Counted from the first letter of the stretch, positions 1 to 9,386 are shown. The stretch is DNA of 64,000 nucleotides from Synergistales bacterium (GCA_963666205.1 OY762654.1:2368001-2432000); one strand, 5' to 3'. Numbers and translations are program-made. The notes: a model not told the origin generated them from the letters alone.

Positions 1-1201
1 GAGAGGAAAACCAGAGAGAGTAAAGGTAGCTTGGAGGTATCCAGGCCATGTCGTTGGTTGCCAGGTTTGACAGAGCCATGGTGAAATGATCCGGGCTTGT
101 CTGTTGTGATGCAAATTTATCAGCTCTGAATTCGAGTTTTCTTGAAATAAAGCTGTCTATGGGTGATAAGACCATGCTCATTATACCGGAAAGGATAAAA
201 AGGATTATAACAAGTCTGGGCAATGTCATGCCGGTTATTCCAAACACGGTTTGAGTAACGGGCGAATTCCACATGTACCATAAAAGGGCGAAGAGAAGTG
301 CCTGTTCAAGTATACCGAAAGCAAGTGAAATCAGAACATGTCTTTCTTTCCAGTGTCCCATTTCATGGGCCAGAACTGATAAAGTTTCATCAACTTCCAT
401 TTTTTCGATCAGGGTATCAAAAAGAATGATCTTGCAAGATCTCCCAAACCCTGCAACCATGGCGTTGGAGTGGGAAGATCTTTTACTCTGATCTGCAGTA
501 AATATACCTTTTACCGGCAGTCCCGTTTTGTCTATCAGTCTCTGTACCTTTTCCAGGAGGTCTGCTTTTTCAAGGGGGGTTATTTTGTAGAAAAGTGGCA
601 TTATCAGAATTGGAAACAGAAAAGATAAGATGAGGCTGAAAGAAACAACACATAAAAATATAAGAGGGATACCGTATTCCAGTCCGGATAGATAATTTAC
701 AGAGCCTGTCATAATGGGTAGTATTGCTAGAGAAAGAAGTAGTGAAACGAGATTGTCCTTGATGAAAACAGGAAGGGTTTTCCTGTTGAAACCGTACTTT
801 TCTTCCAGAACGAAGGAATGGTAAAAGGAAAAGGGTATCCTGTAAAGGAACAGGCAAAGTGCCAGTATTGCGGCAAAGGTAAAGCCGGTCCAGAAAGGTT
901 CAGGGAATCTTGTATTGAGAAAGATCATGATCTTTGAAAAAAGACCTGCCCTGAAGATGATAACAGTTGCTATATATCCACTGATGCTGGATAAAACCCC
1001 GAATGTTCTGTTAGCTTTTCTATAGTCAAGTTCCCTTTTCCAGTCATATTTGAGTGGAGCATATGGCTTTATATCGGGAATCACTTTTTGGAAAACTGTC
1101 CTTTCATACAGAGCTTCATGAAGAGAGAAAAAAAGATCTACAGCAATATTAACAGTTAAAATTGTATAAAAAAGTATCTCCATCGTCATAATAAACTTCA
1201 T
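1..1201 (-). CDS. M48 family (Ste24/CAAX-protease-like) membrane zinc metallopeptidase, 3' end outside window
   Basis: Manual translation; absent from the ORF track because there is no stop inside the window. Open frame from ATG at 1201 (alternatives 1189/1183) to the edge, with LYRIPFSFYHSFVLEEKYGFNRKT, SKRSSHSNAMVAGFG, VLAHEMGHW (HExxH) and SRKLEFRADKFA, ending YSLWFSS at the edge. Confidence 0.92.
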   Translation of the reverse strand, partial: MKFIMTMEILFYTILTVNIAVDLFFSLHEALYERTVFQKVIPDIKPYAPLKYDWKRELDYRKANRTFGVLSSISGYIATVIIFRAGLFSKIMIFLNTRFPEPFWTGFTFAAILALCLFLYRIPFSFYHSFVLEEKYGFNRKTLPVFIKDNLVSLLLSLAILPIMTGSVNYLSGLEYGIPLIFLCVVSFSLILSFLFPILIMPLFYKITPLEKADLLEKVQRLIDKTGLPVKGIFTADQSKRSSHSNAMVAGFGRSCKIILFDTLIEKMEVDETLSVLAHEMGHWKERHVLISLAFGILEQALLFALLWYMWNSPVTQTVFGITGMTLPRLVIILFILSGIMSMVLSPIDSFISRKLEFRADKFASQQTSPDHFTMALSNLATNDMAWIPPSYLYSLWFSS

Positions 1202-1273
1202 TTCCTTTCCTCAAGTGGATTCTATTTTACACAAGATCGGTTTTATTAACATCCTGTTCAGGGAAATACTTAT

Positions 1274-1880
1274 TGCCGGGAAGGTTATGAGATAAACCAC
1301 TGGAAGATTTATAGACTGTACTGTATAGACTGTACTGTAAGGAGGGCCTCCGGGTAAGGAAGAGAAAGAAGAAAGGTTTGGCAAGACCCAGGTTATCAGT
1401 ACCAAGGGTTCCGGATAAAGCCAATCAGAGAGGGTCCATGGACTTCGTCTAAGATATAACAGCTCTGGTGAACAGGATAAGGAACTGTAATAGATACCTT
1501 TAAGAAAGAGTGTCTTGCTGTCAGCGGGCATATCCATAAAAGGGAGCCGTGTCCCCTGGGTATTGGACAGGATAGGCATTGCAAGGGGTTGCCTTGAGTA
1601 GATCCTTCAGACAATTGACTGGAATTCACAGGCAAAGCAATGGATGTAAGGGATTGTATCAAAGGAATAACTAACAGGTTCATAGAGGTGGGGAAACCGT
1701 CTCAGGACGGATATGTAGAGAGTTCCAACAGCAAGATACCTGATGAATGTCTGAACCGGGCACCCTTTTCTGAATCTCAAAGACGCGAGGAAAATCATTG
1801 ACGAATGGCAGAGAATCTAAAATGAAGAAGATTCTCGCCGCTCTTTGGATATCCCGGCCCCGTGAGAATTCGCAAAGAAG
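1274..1880 (+). pseudogene. Degenerate IS3-family (IS407-group-like) transposase OrfB remnant
   Basis: Fragments across frames: REGYEINHWKIYRLYC / KEGLRVRKRKKK / ANQRGSMDFV*D / IDTFKKECLAV / SIKGSRVPWVLDRI / SDN..EFTGKAMD / FIEVGKPSQDGYVESSNSKIPDECLN / NLKDARKIIDEW / SL..P*EFA. These are collinear with the IS3 HTH plus rve integrase core, with several stops and frameshifts. Confidence 0.88.
1310..1337. repeat. Perfect 14-bp tandem duplication (TATAGACTGTACTG x2) inside the IS remnant
   Basis: Read directly from the sequence; it shifts the frame at the IYRLYC segment. Confidence 0.9.
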
Positions 1881-1928
1881 AAAGAGAAAAAAGAAGACCT
1901 CTTTACTTAAACAATAATATGGACAGGC

Positions 1929-2144
1929 TCATAGGTGATGATATTCAACCACTTCAATGTTCTTGTTTTCACATAATGATCTGATATTATCCTCATCATG
2001 ACAATCGTAGCTGCAGGCAAGGCCACAGCTGGCTGAAAGCTGGCGTGGTACCGGAACGACCTTGACGTCCAGGCTTGCTTTCCTGCAGGCCCTTTCAAAC
2101 ATAATTGCCATGCTCGTAACGTTAAAGGTAGCTATACACTTCAT
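1929..2144 (-). CDS. DUF3343-family small protein
   Basis: 71 aa with the pattern TF-x-x-T-x-x-A...VVPVPRQLSASCGLA typical of DUF3343. Confidence 0.8.
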   Translation of the reverse strand: MKCIATFNVTSMAIMFERACRKASLDVKVVPVPRQLSASCGLACSYDCHDEDNIRSLCENKNIEVVEYHHL

Positions 2145-2256
2145 TCTTTTTCAAGACCTCGCTTTCCCGAAAGTCTGTCTCCCATCCTTATCATATCCGC
2201 AGGCATCTGCTGTTTCATTCAATCCGGTATTTCAGATAGTCAGAAAATATCGTGTT

Positions 2257-4122
2257 TCAGCGCAGGAGAAAAGAAAGCTCCGAAAATATCCGTTTAGCCC
2301 TTTCCAGGACTCCTTCCCTTATTGTCTCTAGAGAGATGTAGTAGCCCTTAGGGAACAGTGCTTCCCAATTGTTCCCTGTGTTATCTTCTCCACACAACGG
2401 GTCTGAAAAGCTGTATTCTTCTATTTCGGAGGCTATCTGTTGATTATATGTTTCTATAAGCTGGTGCAAAGAGGCAATAGTCTGATCGATATCGTTTTCT
2501 ATTTCGGGAAAAAGGAAATTATTATCACTGAAAAACTCCTGACTGAGCCAGTTTACTGCAGTCCTCATGCCCAGCAGGTCCAGAGTCATGTTTTCTGCCA
2601 TTGATCGTATTTCCGACAGTCTTTTCCTTACAGGTTCAGTGTCCGTTATGTAGGCAGCGGAATAATGACCTTCTCCGGCATTCTGGTCACTATCTGTAGA
2701 GTAAGATTGTTTCTTGTGCATTTCCCACTTGTTCACAAGATCCATATTGCAATATCTGATTCTATTCTGCCTGTCGATTTCTTCTCGGGAAGATTCATAG
2801 ACCTGACCGAGAATCTCCTCGATGTCTATGGTATGTACCCGTATATTCCCTATTGACGCAATTCCTTCCGGATTTTCATTTTCTTCGTCTATGACCCATC
2901 GGTTCCATGAATTTATCTTGAAGCCTTCTTTGTGCTTAAATGTTCCCTTCCAGTGTCGCCTCTCAAGGGCTAGATACTTTTCAAGGGGTATGTGTTCCCG
3001 TCCCCTTATGATACATGATTTCCATGGATATCTTTCAAGGTCTTCCTTCGCCTGGGCTAAGGCCTTCTGGAAAATGGCCTGATTACTTTTCAAATCCTCC
3101 GTGATATTTTCGATACTGTTTCCAGTTCTTTCAGAAATTACTAGCGGCAATGCGAAGGGATGAATTCCTTCGGACGATGAGAATACAAAATTATCTTCAG
3201 AAAGGATTCCTGATGCTTCAAGATAGAGAGCCATTTGATGATCTATCCATTCACCGTCAATGACTGGAACGGTCCGAAGGAAGGGTATTGTGTTTTCAGA
3301 TAAAAGCAGGGCTTTTCCCTCTTCGATCTCTCCTTCCTGTGTGTAAAGCCTGAGTTCTTCTTTTATTTCATCCATAAGCTTTGTAAAAAGAGCATCTGAT
3401 ACGTCGGTCAATCCGTAGGAAAAATCTCTGGATTCGAGAAAAGAATGGAGGTCCTTATCGTTTTTAAAAAAAGAGCTGATACTTTCCATCTTATCGGGAC
3501 TATCATTGTCCATTATCTTCGCAAATCTTTTCCTGACTGGTTCGGGGTTTCCAGAATATGGGAGAGTTCGGTTCCCTTCATTTTCGAAATGTTCTTTTAC
3601 CCACTTATTAAAATAATTCGAGTCTTCCCAGCAGGCTATAATTTCCCGGGAGAGGTATTCATGAAGTTCTCTGTCGATCCGTTCAACAGGATAAGGAAAA
3701 ACTGCTTCATTTTCTTTTATTCTTTCCATATCAAGAGAAGCCTGGCAGGATACAAAATGCAGGTTTATTCTTTCGGCAAGAAGGGACAGTTCCAGATATC
3801 TCTCTCTGCTTTTTTCAAGGATCATCTGATTGGTATTAAGAGCCATTCTCCCGAGTTCCAGGCAAACAGGTTTAAGATCCGTCAGCTGTCTTTTTACAAA
3901 ACCCTTTTTTTTCCCTTGTCCTGTTTCCTTTAAAGAGGCGATAAGGTTTTCGGTCAGCACATTTTCCGGCGATAGCAATGGGCCACCCAGACTGATCTTT
4001 TCAAGATAATCTACAAAACTTCCTTCCTCTTTTTCTTTTTTAAGCCAATTCATAACAGTATCTAAGACTACATCAGGTATCTTTTTACCATGCTGTGATT
4101 CCGGCTCAGAATAGCTCCCCAT
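2257..4122 (-). CDS. Hypothetical protein (621 aa, acidic, predicted helical)
   Basis: Long ORF starting 15 bp after the larC stop, with an AGGTG RBS-like site; no recognisable motif. Confidence 0.75.
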   Translation of the reverse strand: MGSYSEPESQHGKKIPDVVLDTVMNWLKKEKEEGSFVDYLEKISLGGPLLSPENVLTENLIASLKETGQGKKKGFVKRQLTDLKPVCLELGRMALNTNQMILEKSRERYLELSLLAERINLHFVSCQASLDMERIKENEAVFPYPVERIDRELHEYLSREIIACWEDSNYFNKWVKEHFENEGNRTLPYSGNPEPVRKRFAKIMDNDSPDKMESISSFFKNDKDLHSFLESRDFSYGLTDVSDALFTKLMDEIKEELRLYTQEGEIEEGKALLLSENTIPFLRTVPVIDGEWIDHQMALYLEASGILSEDNFVFSSSEGIHPFALPLVISERTGNSIENITEDLKSNQAIFQKALAQAKEDLERYPWKSCIIRGREHIPLEKYLALERRHWKGTFKHKEGFKINSWNRWVIDEENENPEGIASIGNIRVHTIDIEEILGQVYESSREEIDRQNRIRYCNMDLVNKWEMHKKQSYSTDSDQNAGEGHYSAAYITDTEPVRKRLSEIRSMAENMTLDLLGMRTAVNWLSQEFFSDNNFLFPEIENDIDQTIASLHQLIETYNQQIASEIEEYSFSDPLCGEDNTGNNWEALFPKGYYISLETIREGVLERAKRIFSELSFLLR

Positions 4123-4137
4123 ATAGGTACACCTGCC

Positions 4138-5325
4138 TTATTTACTTGTAATCTCTCTCATGAGCAATTCCCTAAGCTGTATAACAGGGATATTTTTTTC
4201 AGAGGAAATTTTTTTCAGATCTTCATATTCAATTGAAGTTTTTATCAGTTCTTCTCCAAGCCAGCCTTCCTTTATATGGCATTTCCCGAAAGAAGTGTCT
4301 ATTTCCTTTATAATGTGATTAAGTCTGATCTTGTCAACCGGGTATGTCCTTATGCCCAGAGTAGATGTTGACCTGAGGATTATTTCACCCATTCTATTGA
4401 GATCTCCAGGGGAGCACAGACATGATAGAGTATTGGCAGGTCTGCTTTTTTTCATAATAATCGGGGATAGCCAGACGTCCATTGCACCCTCGGAAAACAG
4501 TTCTTCCATTACAGTTTCGTAGACTTGGGGATTCATATCATCTATGTTAGTTTCTAGAACTACTCCCTTTTCCTCTCCGAATCTGTTCGCGAGCCCTTCT
4601 TTGCAGCTGGAATCTTCTTCGATGCTGAATATTCTCAGGATATTCGGTATATCAGTATCCCTTGTTCCAATGCCTGTGCCGCATTTCAGTATCTTGCCTG
4701 ATGGAATCTGCCCGAAGGCATCAGCCAGACAGGAAGCCAGCAAAGCTCCTGTAGGAGTGGTCCTTTCCGCCGGTTCTCCCATTGAATAAACCGGTTTCCC
4801 TCTCAGTAGTTCTGCGGTGGCTGGAGCCGGAACGGGCATTATGCCATGGGCACATTTAACTGTCCCCGATCCTACATTCAGGGAAGAGAATACTATTCTT
4901 TCAGGTGCGGCCATATGGACAAGGATGAAGGCACCCACTATATCGATGATGGAATCCATAGCTCCGACTTCGTGAAAATGGATTTCTTCAGGGAGTTTCC
5001 CGTGTACCTTGCCCTCTGCTTCTGCAAGTAGTCTGAAGGCTCTTTTACTCTGTTCTCTGATAGAGGTTTCCAGGGTGCTTTTATCTATTATCCTGCAGAT
5101 ATCCTTTAATCCTCTGTGAGGATGATCCTCAGAACATTTGACATCTACTTTTGTTCCGCTTATATGTTTTTTTTCAGACTTCCTTATATCAACTTCATAT
5201 CCATGAAGTGAAAGTTTTCCCAGCTTCTCTAGAAATAATTCCCTGTCCAGTCCAAGATCCAGCATGGATCCCAGAAACATGTCTCCGCTTATCCCAGCGA
5301 AGCAGTCAATGTATAACGTCTTCAT
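4138..5325 (-). CDS. larC: Nickel pincer cofactor biosynthesis protein LarC (nickel insertase)
   Basis: DCFAGISGDMFLG, IHFHEVGAMDSIIDIVG, HGIMPVPAPAT, TPTGA, LETNIDDMNP, MKKSRP. Confidence 0.95.
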   Translation of the reverse strand: MKTLYIDCFAGISGDMFLGSMLDLGLDRELFLEKLGKLSLHGYEVDIRKSEKKHISGTKVDVKCSEDHPHRGLKDICRIIDKSTLETSIREQSKRAFRLLAEAEGKVHGKLPEEIHFHEVGAMDSIIDIVGAFILVHMAAPERIVFSSLNVGSGTVKCAHGIMPVPAPATAELLRGKPVYSMGEPAERTTPTGALLASCLADAFGQIPSGKILKCGTGIGTRDTDIPNILRIFSIEEDSSCKEGLANRFGEEKGVVLETNIDDMNPQVYETVMEELFSEGAMDVWLSPIIMKKSRPANTLSCLCSPGDLNRMGEIILRSTSTLGIRTYPVDKIRLNHIIKEIDTSFGKCHIKEGWLGEELIKTSIEYEDLKKISSEKNIPVIQLRELLMREITSK

Positions 5326-6173
5326 TTCCTACCTCCATTATTGTTCAAGTTGTTACTCCCGAACCAGCTTCTGCCGCTTGAATATCCCTCCAGATCAATT
5401 ACTATCCTTGAAAAGCCATTTCCCTTCAGAAGAGATATCAGGATCTCTTTTTTTTCAATAGCTTGTGCAATGTTTTTTTCAGGTACTTCAATGCAGGCCA
5501 GATCCTTGTATACCCTTATTCTTACCTGGGGAAGGCCATTTTCCCGGATCATATCTTCCATGATCCCCACCATCTGAAGTTTTTCTTCTTTCAGTTTTTC
5601 GAAGGGAGGGAAACGTGTAGCCAGACATGCTGTAGCCTCTTCCTTCCACCATTCTATTTTCATTTCTGCTGCGAGTTCCCTTACCTTTTTCTTATTCATA
5701 CCGGCCTCTGCCAGGGGAGAACAGATCCGGGGATATTTCTTAAGAAGCTTCGTGCCCAGTCTTGTCGGATCTCCGAGATCGTCAAGGTTTGACCCTTCAT
5801 AAATTTTCTCAAGTGAATGTTCATTGGCATAGCGTAGCAGATCCTTTATACGTGCTTCCTTGCAGAGGGCACACCTCTCCGGATGGTTAAAAACTACCCC
5901 TTCAAGAGAAAGTTCCGGACCTTTAATGATAACATGTCGTACTCCGAGCTGATTAGTGAATTCAACTGTACGGTCCATTTCTTTTTTAAAATGAAGCCAT
6001 GACGAGAACGTAAGTGCATGGACCTTTGCCGGGTCTATCAGATGAGAAATCACTGCTAGAACCACAGCACTGTCTATTCCTCCTGAAAAGGAAACGACAC
6101 AGGATTCTGTGGAACAAAGTTGGTCCATCACTTCTGGAGAAAACCATTTTTTAAGATCAGGATAGTTTTTCAT
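5322..6173 (-). CDS. larE: ATP-dependent sulfur transferase LarE
   Basis: PP-loop SFSGGIDS, RCALCK, EGSNLDD, SPLAEAG, ACLATRFP; lies between larB and larC. Confidence 0.9.
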   Translation of the reverse strand: MKNYPDLKKWFSPEVMDQLCSTESCVVSFSGGIDSAVVLAVISHLIDPAKVHALTFSSWLHFKKEMDRTVEFTNQLGVRHVIIKGPELSLEGVVFNHPERCALCKEARIKDLLRYANEHSLEKIYEGSNLDDLGDPTRLGTKLLKKYPRICSPLAEAGMNKKKVRELAAEMKIEWWKEEATACLATRFPPFEKLKEEKLQMVGIMEDMIRENGLPQVRIRVYKDLACIEVPEKNIAQAIEKKEILISLLKGNGFSRIVIDLEGYSSGRSWFGSNNLNNNGGRK

Positions 6174-6933
6174 GAAAAGACTGCCTGACTATCATGGCTC
6201 CGCTATAGCCTGCGCCGAGTCCGTTGTTTATATTGACCACTGTGACCCCTGTAGCGCATGAATTGAGCATAGTCAGAAGAGGTGCTATGCCATTAAGGTT
6301 CATTCCGTAGCCCACGTTTGTTGGCACACCTATTACCGGACAGGAAACAAGTCCTCCTATTACGCCAGGCAGAGCCCCTTCCATACCGGCAACTGCCACT
6401 ATAGCTTTGGCTTTCTGCAGGGTTTCTATATGGGCGAGCAACCTGTGGACTCCTGCAACTCCAACATCATACATTCTTGTAACACTGCATCCCATATGTT
6501 CTGCAGTAACGGCAGCTTCTTCTGCAACGGGGACGTCACTGCTTCCACCTGTAGCGATAACAAGTCCGCTAAAGGTCCCTGTATCTGTTTTTTTGATTCC
6601 AGCCATTGCTGCTTTAGGATAAAAGATTAATTCTGGAATATCTTTGAGGATAAGCCTGTACTGCCTTTCATCTATCCTTGAGAAAAGAAGGTTTTCCCTG
6701 TTATTCCGGACTGCCTTTGCGATCTTTTCAAGTTGTTCATCGCTTTTTCCCGGACAGTAGACGATCTCAGCAAAGCCCTGTCTGATGGAGCGGTGTGTAT
6801 CGAGCTTGATCTCGCCAAGGTCCTTGAATGGAAAACTTTTAATGGTCGATAAAAAACAGGAAGTGTCTACTTCACCTTTTTTGAGTTTTTCAATAAGGGA
6901 TATCAGTTCTTTTTCATTCATCACAGAAGTCAA
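6157..6933 (-). CDS. larB: Nickel pincer cofactor biosynthesis protein LarB (AIR-carboxylase-like)
   Basis: DTHRSIRQGFAEIVYCPGK, SDVPVAEEA, DVGVAGVHRL, AGMEGALP, PTNVGYG, LNSCATGVTVVNINNG. True start probably 6924 or 6921. Confidence 0.95.
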   Translation of the reverse strand: MTSVMNEKELISLIEKLKKGEVDTSCFLSTIKSFPFKDLGEIKLDTHRSIRQGFAEIVYCPGKSDEQLEKIAKAVRNNRENLLFSRIDERQYRLILKDIPELIFYPKAAMAGIKKTDTGTFSGLVIATGGSSDVPVAEEAAVTAEHMGCSVTRMYDVGVAGVHRLLAHIETLQKAKAIVAVAGMEGALPGVIGGLVSCPVIGVPTNVGYGMNLNGIAPLLTMLNSCATGVTVVNINNGLGAGYSGAMIVRQSFHEKLS

Positions 6934-7000
6934 TCTCCTCTTCCAGAGAGTTTCTCTATCATAATTATTACAGAAATTCGAGTGGTTGCAAAATAAGGAA

Positions 7001-7030
7001 AGACTGGTTTCATCAGGGTGAAACCAGTCT
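7001..7030 (-). terminator. Intrinsic terminator-like hairpin
   Basis: AGACTGGTTTCA-TCAGGG-TGAAACCAGTCT, a 12-bp stem downstream of 7053..7529 with a T-rich tail on the minus strand. Confidence 0.75.
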
Positions 7031-7052
7031 CAAATTACTTGTATAGGGGATT

Positions 7053-7529
7053 TTAAAAAATTTCCAGAGGAAGCTGTGTAACGTGAAGCATGTTCTGAAT
7101 ATTGTCGGTCGCTTTGAAAACCAGAGTATATTTACCAGTTTTCCACTTTGAAAAATCCAGAGGTACTTTGAAGGAAAGGTCTCTTTGATTACTTTTCAAA
7201 GATTTTTTGAGGGCAAAGACCTTATCACTCTTTGCAACTATTTTGTCTTCCGAGTCAATAACATCCAGTTCGACTCTGATGTCAATCTCGTATTCTTCTT
7301 CGCCCTTTTTAACGGTGAAATTATCAAGTTCGACATATACTGAAGTTTTACTACCACTAAGAAAATGGTTATCTTCTTCATTGGTATAGTTTCCAAAACC
7401 GTCAGCCTGGCTGACGAATACAGCTTTGCTTATAAGAATTGAAGGGGAAGCAGAAGCTGGAATTACCGTGATTATTAGAAGTAGCATAATGCTCAGAAGA
7501 CAACGACAGAATCTAAGGTCTGATTTCAC
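7053..7529 (-). CDS. Hypothetical exported protein (beta-rich)
   Basis: N-terminal signal peptide (LLSIMLLLIITVIPASA), a GGGGG/GGA RBS-like site and a downstream terminator. Confidence 0.7.
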   Translation of the reverse strand: MKSDLRFCRCLLSIMLLLIITVIPASASPSILISKAVFVSQADGFGNYTNEEDNHFLSGSKTSVYVELDNFTVKKGEEEYEIDIRVELDVIDSEDKIVAKSDKVFALKKSLKSNQRDLSFKVPLDFSKWKTGKYTLVFKATDNIQNMLHVTQLPLEIF

Positions 7530-7687
7530 AATTATCCCCCCTGTTGATTATTCTGTACTTAAAAGACATTATACCTTTGGTTCAGTTTTATGTCACAAGT
7601 CAAACTACTTATTCCTCTTTTTTACGCGGCGATAAAACATCTTTCTTTATGTTATATTCTTTACTGGAAGATCGAAAACAAAAAGCG

Positions 7688-8278
7688 ATGGTGATCAATT
7701 TGGTTTACAGGGCATGTTTTGATGGAGCATCAAGGGGTAATCCAGGGGAAGCCGGTGCAGGTGCCGTGATATATGATGAAGAGGGAAAAGCGGTATGGGA
7801 ATTTTCCCGTGCTCTTGGGAAAAAAACTAATAACGAAGCAGAATATTCAGCCCTCATCTTTTTACTTGAAGAAATAAGGGCAAGGAATCTTAAATATGTT
7901 CAGATCACAGGTGACAGCAAACTTGTAGTTAACCAGGTTAATGGGTTATGGAAGGTTAACAAGCCCCATCTGAAGGAACTTTTCCTTAAGGCTAAGGAAC
8001 TGAAGAAACAGACAGAATCGGAACTCCAGTGGGTTTCAAGAGATCTTAATGCCCATGCTGATGCCCTATCGAACCGAGCTTTTGAAAAAAAAGATGAGTA
8101 TGGACATCTTGCAGTATTTGATTCTTCAGATCTGGAAAAGATTACGGACCAGATCTACATTGCCCATGGAACAGAGGATTATGCTGTTGATCTCCTCCAC
8201 AGGAACTGTTCATGTCCTTTCTTCCAGAGAAAGAAGGACTGCAAGCATTTAAGGGCGGCCCTCTCTCTTGAATCCTGA
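7688..8278 (+). CDS. rnhA: Ribonuclease HI-family protein with C-terminal SWIM zinc finger
   Basis: FDGASRGNPG, TNNEAEY, GDSKLVVNQ, WVSRDLNAHADALSN, then CSCPFFQRKKDCKH (CxC..CxH). Start probably 7688-7700 rather than 7544. Confidence 0.85.
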   Translation: MVINLVYRACFDGASRGNPGEAGAGAVIYDEEGKAVWEFSRALGKKTNNEAEYSALIFLLEEIRARNLKYVQITGDSKLVVNQVNGLWKVNKPHLKELFLKAKELKKQTESELQWVSRDLNAHADALSNRAFEKKDEYGHLAVFDSSDLEKITDQIYIAHGTEDYAVDLLHRNCSCPFFQRKKDCKHLRAALSLES

Positions 8279-8369
8279 TGGACTTTCTCTTGAGGTCATA
8301 GGGACTCCAGAATTTATGTGATAATGGTTCCGGTATGAGTCGTTTCCAGAGAATAAAAGCAAGGAAAGG

Positions 8370-9386
8370 ATGAATTTAATGAAAAGACATATTACTGAAG
8401 TTATAAATACTTCTTCTGTCGGTCTGTATATGATAGATCTCCCCCTTCCCCTTCCCGGTTTTTCCTACCAGATAACTTCCTGGTTGCTTCAGGACAGGGA
8501 ATTGGGGAAAAACTACCTTGTAGATCTTGGCCCTGCTTCTACCGTTCCTGCCCTTGAAAAGAGTCTCTCTACTCTTGGTGTAGAAGAACTTGACTATGTA
8601 CTGCTAACCCACATTCACCTTGATCATGCCGGCGGGATAGGCCATCTGGTAAAGATATTTCCAGGCACCAGGATAGTAGTGCCATTCAGGGGGCGTAAAC
8701 ACCTGATCGATCCTTCCAGGCTGTGGGAGGGAAGCCTCAAAACCCTTGGGGAGATGGTACTTACTTTTGGGGAAATGATAGCTGTTTCCGAAGATGACAT
8801 TCTGAAAAATACTATCAGCATAGATGGCCTTGAAGTCTGGGATACTCCAGGCCATGCATCTCATCACCAATCTTTTCTGTATAAACGTGGAGATGAAAAC
8901 ATTCTTTTTCCGGGAGAGGCGGCTGGTGTGATGCTTAACCGGGATATGCTCCCCAGGTGGCAGGAAAATATTGATATGACCGACAGTCCTGAACCTCCTG
9001 TTCCATATGTCCCTGATGTATTGTACATGTATCCCGCTTCTCCTCCTGTTTTTGACCTGGAAATCGCAAAGAGATCTCTCTCAAGCCTTATGGAGAGGAA
9101 AAGCAGCCTTATATGTTACAGCCACTACGGCTATTCGAGGTACCCTTCCATAATCCTGAAGTTGCATATGGAACAGCTTACCCTTTGGGAGGAAATAATA
9201 TCAGGAACCCTCAAGAGTGATAATGATCATGAGGCCGTTGTCGAAAAAGCACTAAAGATCCTTCTTGCAAGTGATGGATTCCTTTCCTGTTATCAGTTCT
9301 TTAGCGAGGAAATGAAGGGAAAGGAGCGTTTCTTTATAAGGAACAGCATTCTGGGATTCGTCAGTTTCCTGAAAGAAAAAAATTAA
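8370..9386 (+). CDS. MBL-fold metallo-hydrolase
   Basis: THIHLDHAGG and TPGHASHH motifs. Confidence 0.9.
   Translation: MNLMKRHITEVINTSSVGLYMIDLPLPLPGFSYQITSWLLQDRELGKNYLVDLGPASTVPALEKSLSTLGVEELDYVLLTHIHLDHAGGIGHLVKIFPGTRIVVPFRGRKHLIDPSRLWEGSLKTLGEMVLTFGEMIAVSEDDILKNTISIDGLEVWDTPGHASHHQSFLYKRGDENILFPGEAAGVMLNRDMLPRWQENIDMTDSPEPPVPYVPDVLYMYPASPPVFDLEIAKRSLSSLMERKSSLICYSHYGYSRYPSIILKLHMEQLTLWEEIISGTLKSDNDHEAVVEKALKILLASDGFLSCYQFFSEEMKGKERFFIRNSILGFVSFLKEKN

Noticed and set aside
1310-1337. CRISPR-like repeat
   Set aside because: Two adjacent 14-bp copies with no spacer and no cas genes; a simple duplication.
273-1798. Short ORFs 273..491, 570..857, 1211..1579, 1227..1424, 1396..1683 and 1607..1798
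   Set aside because: They are shadow frames of the M48 peptidase gene and of the IS3 remnant.
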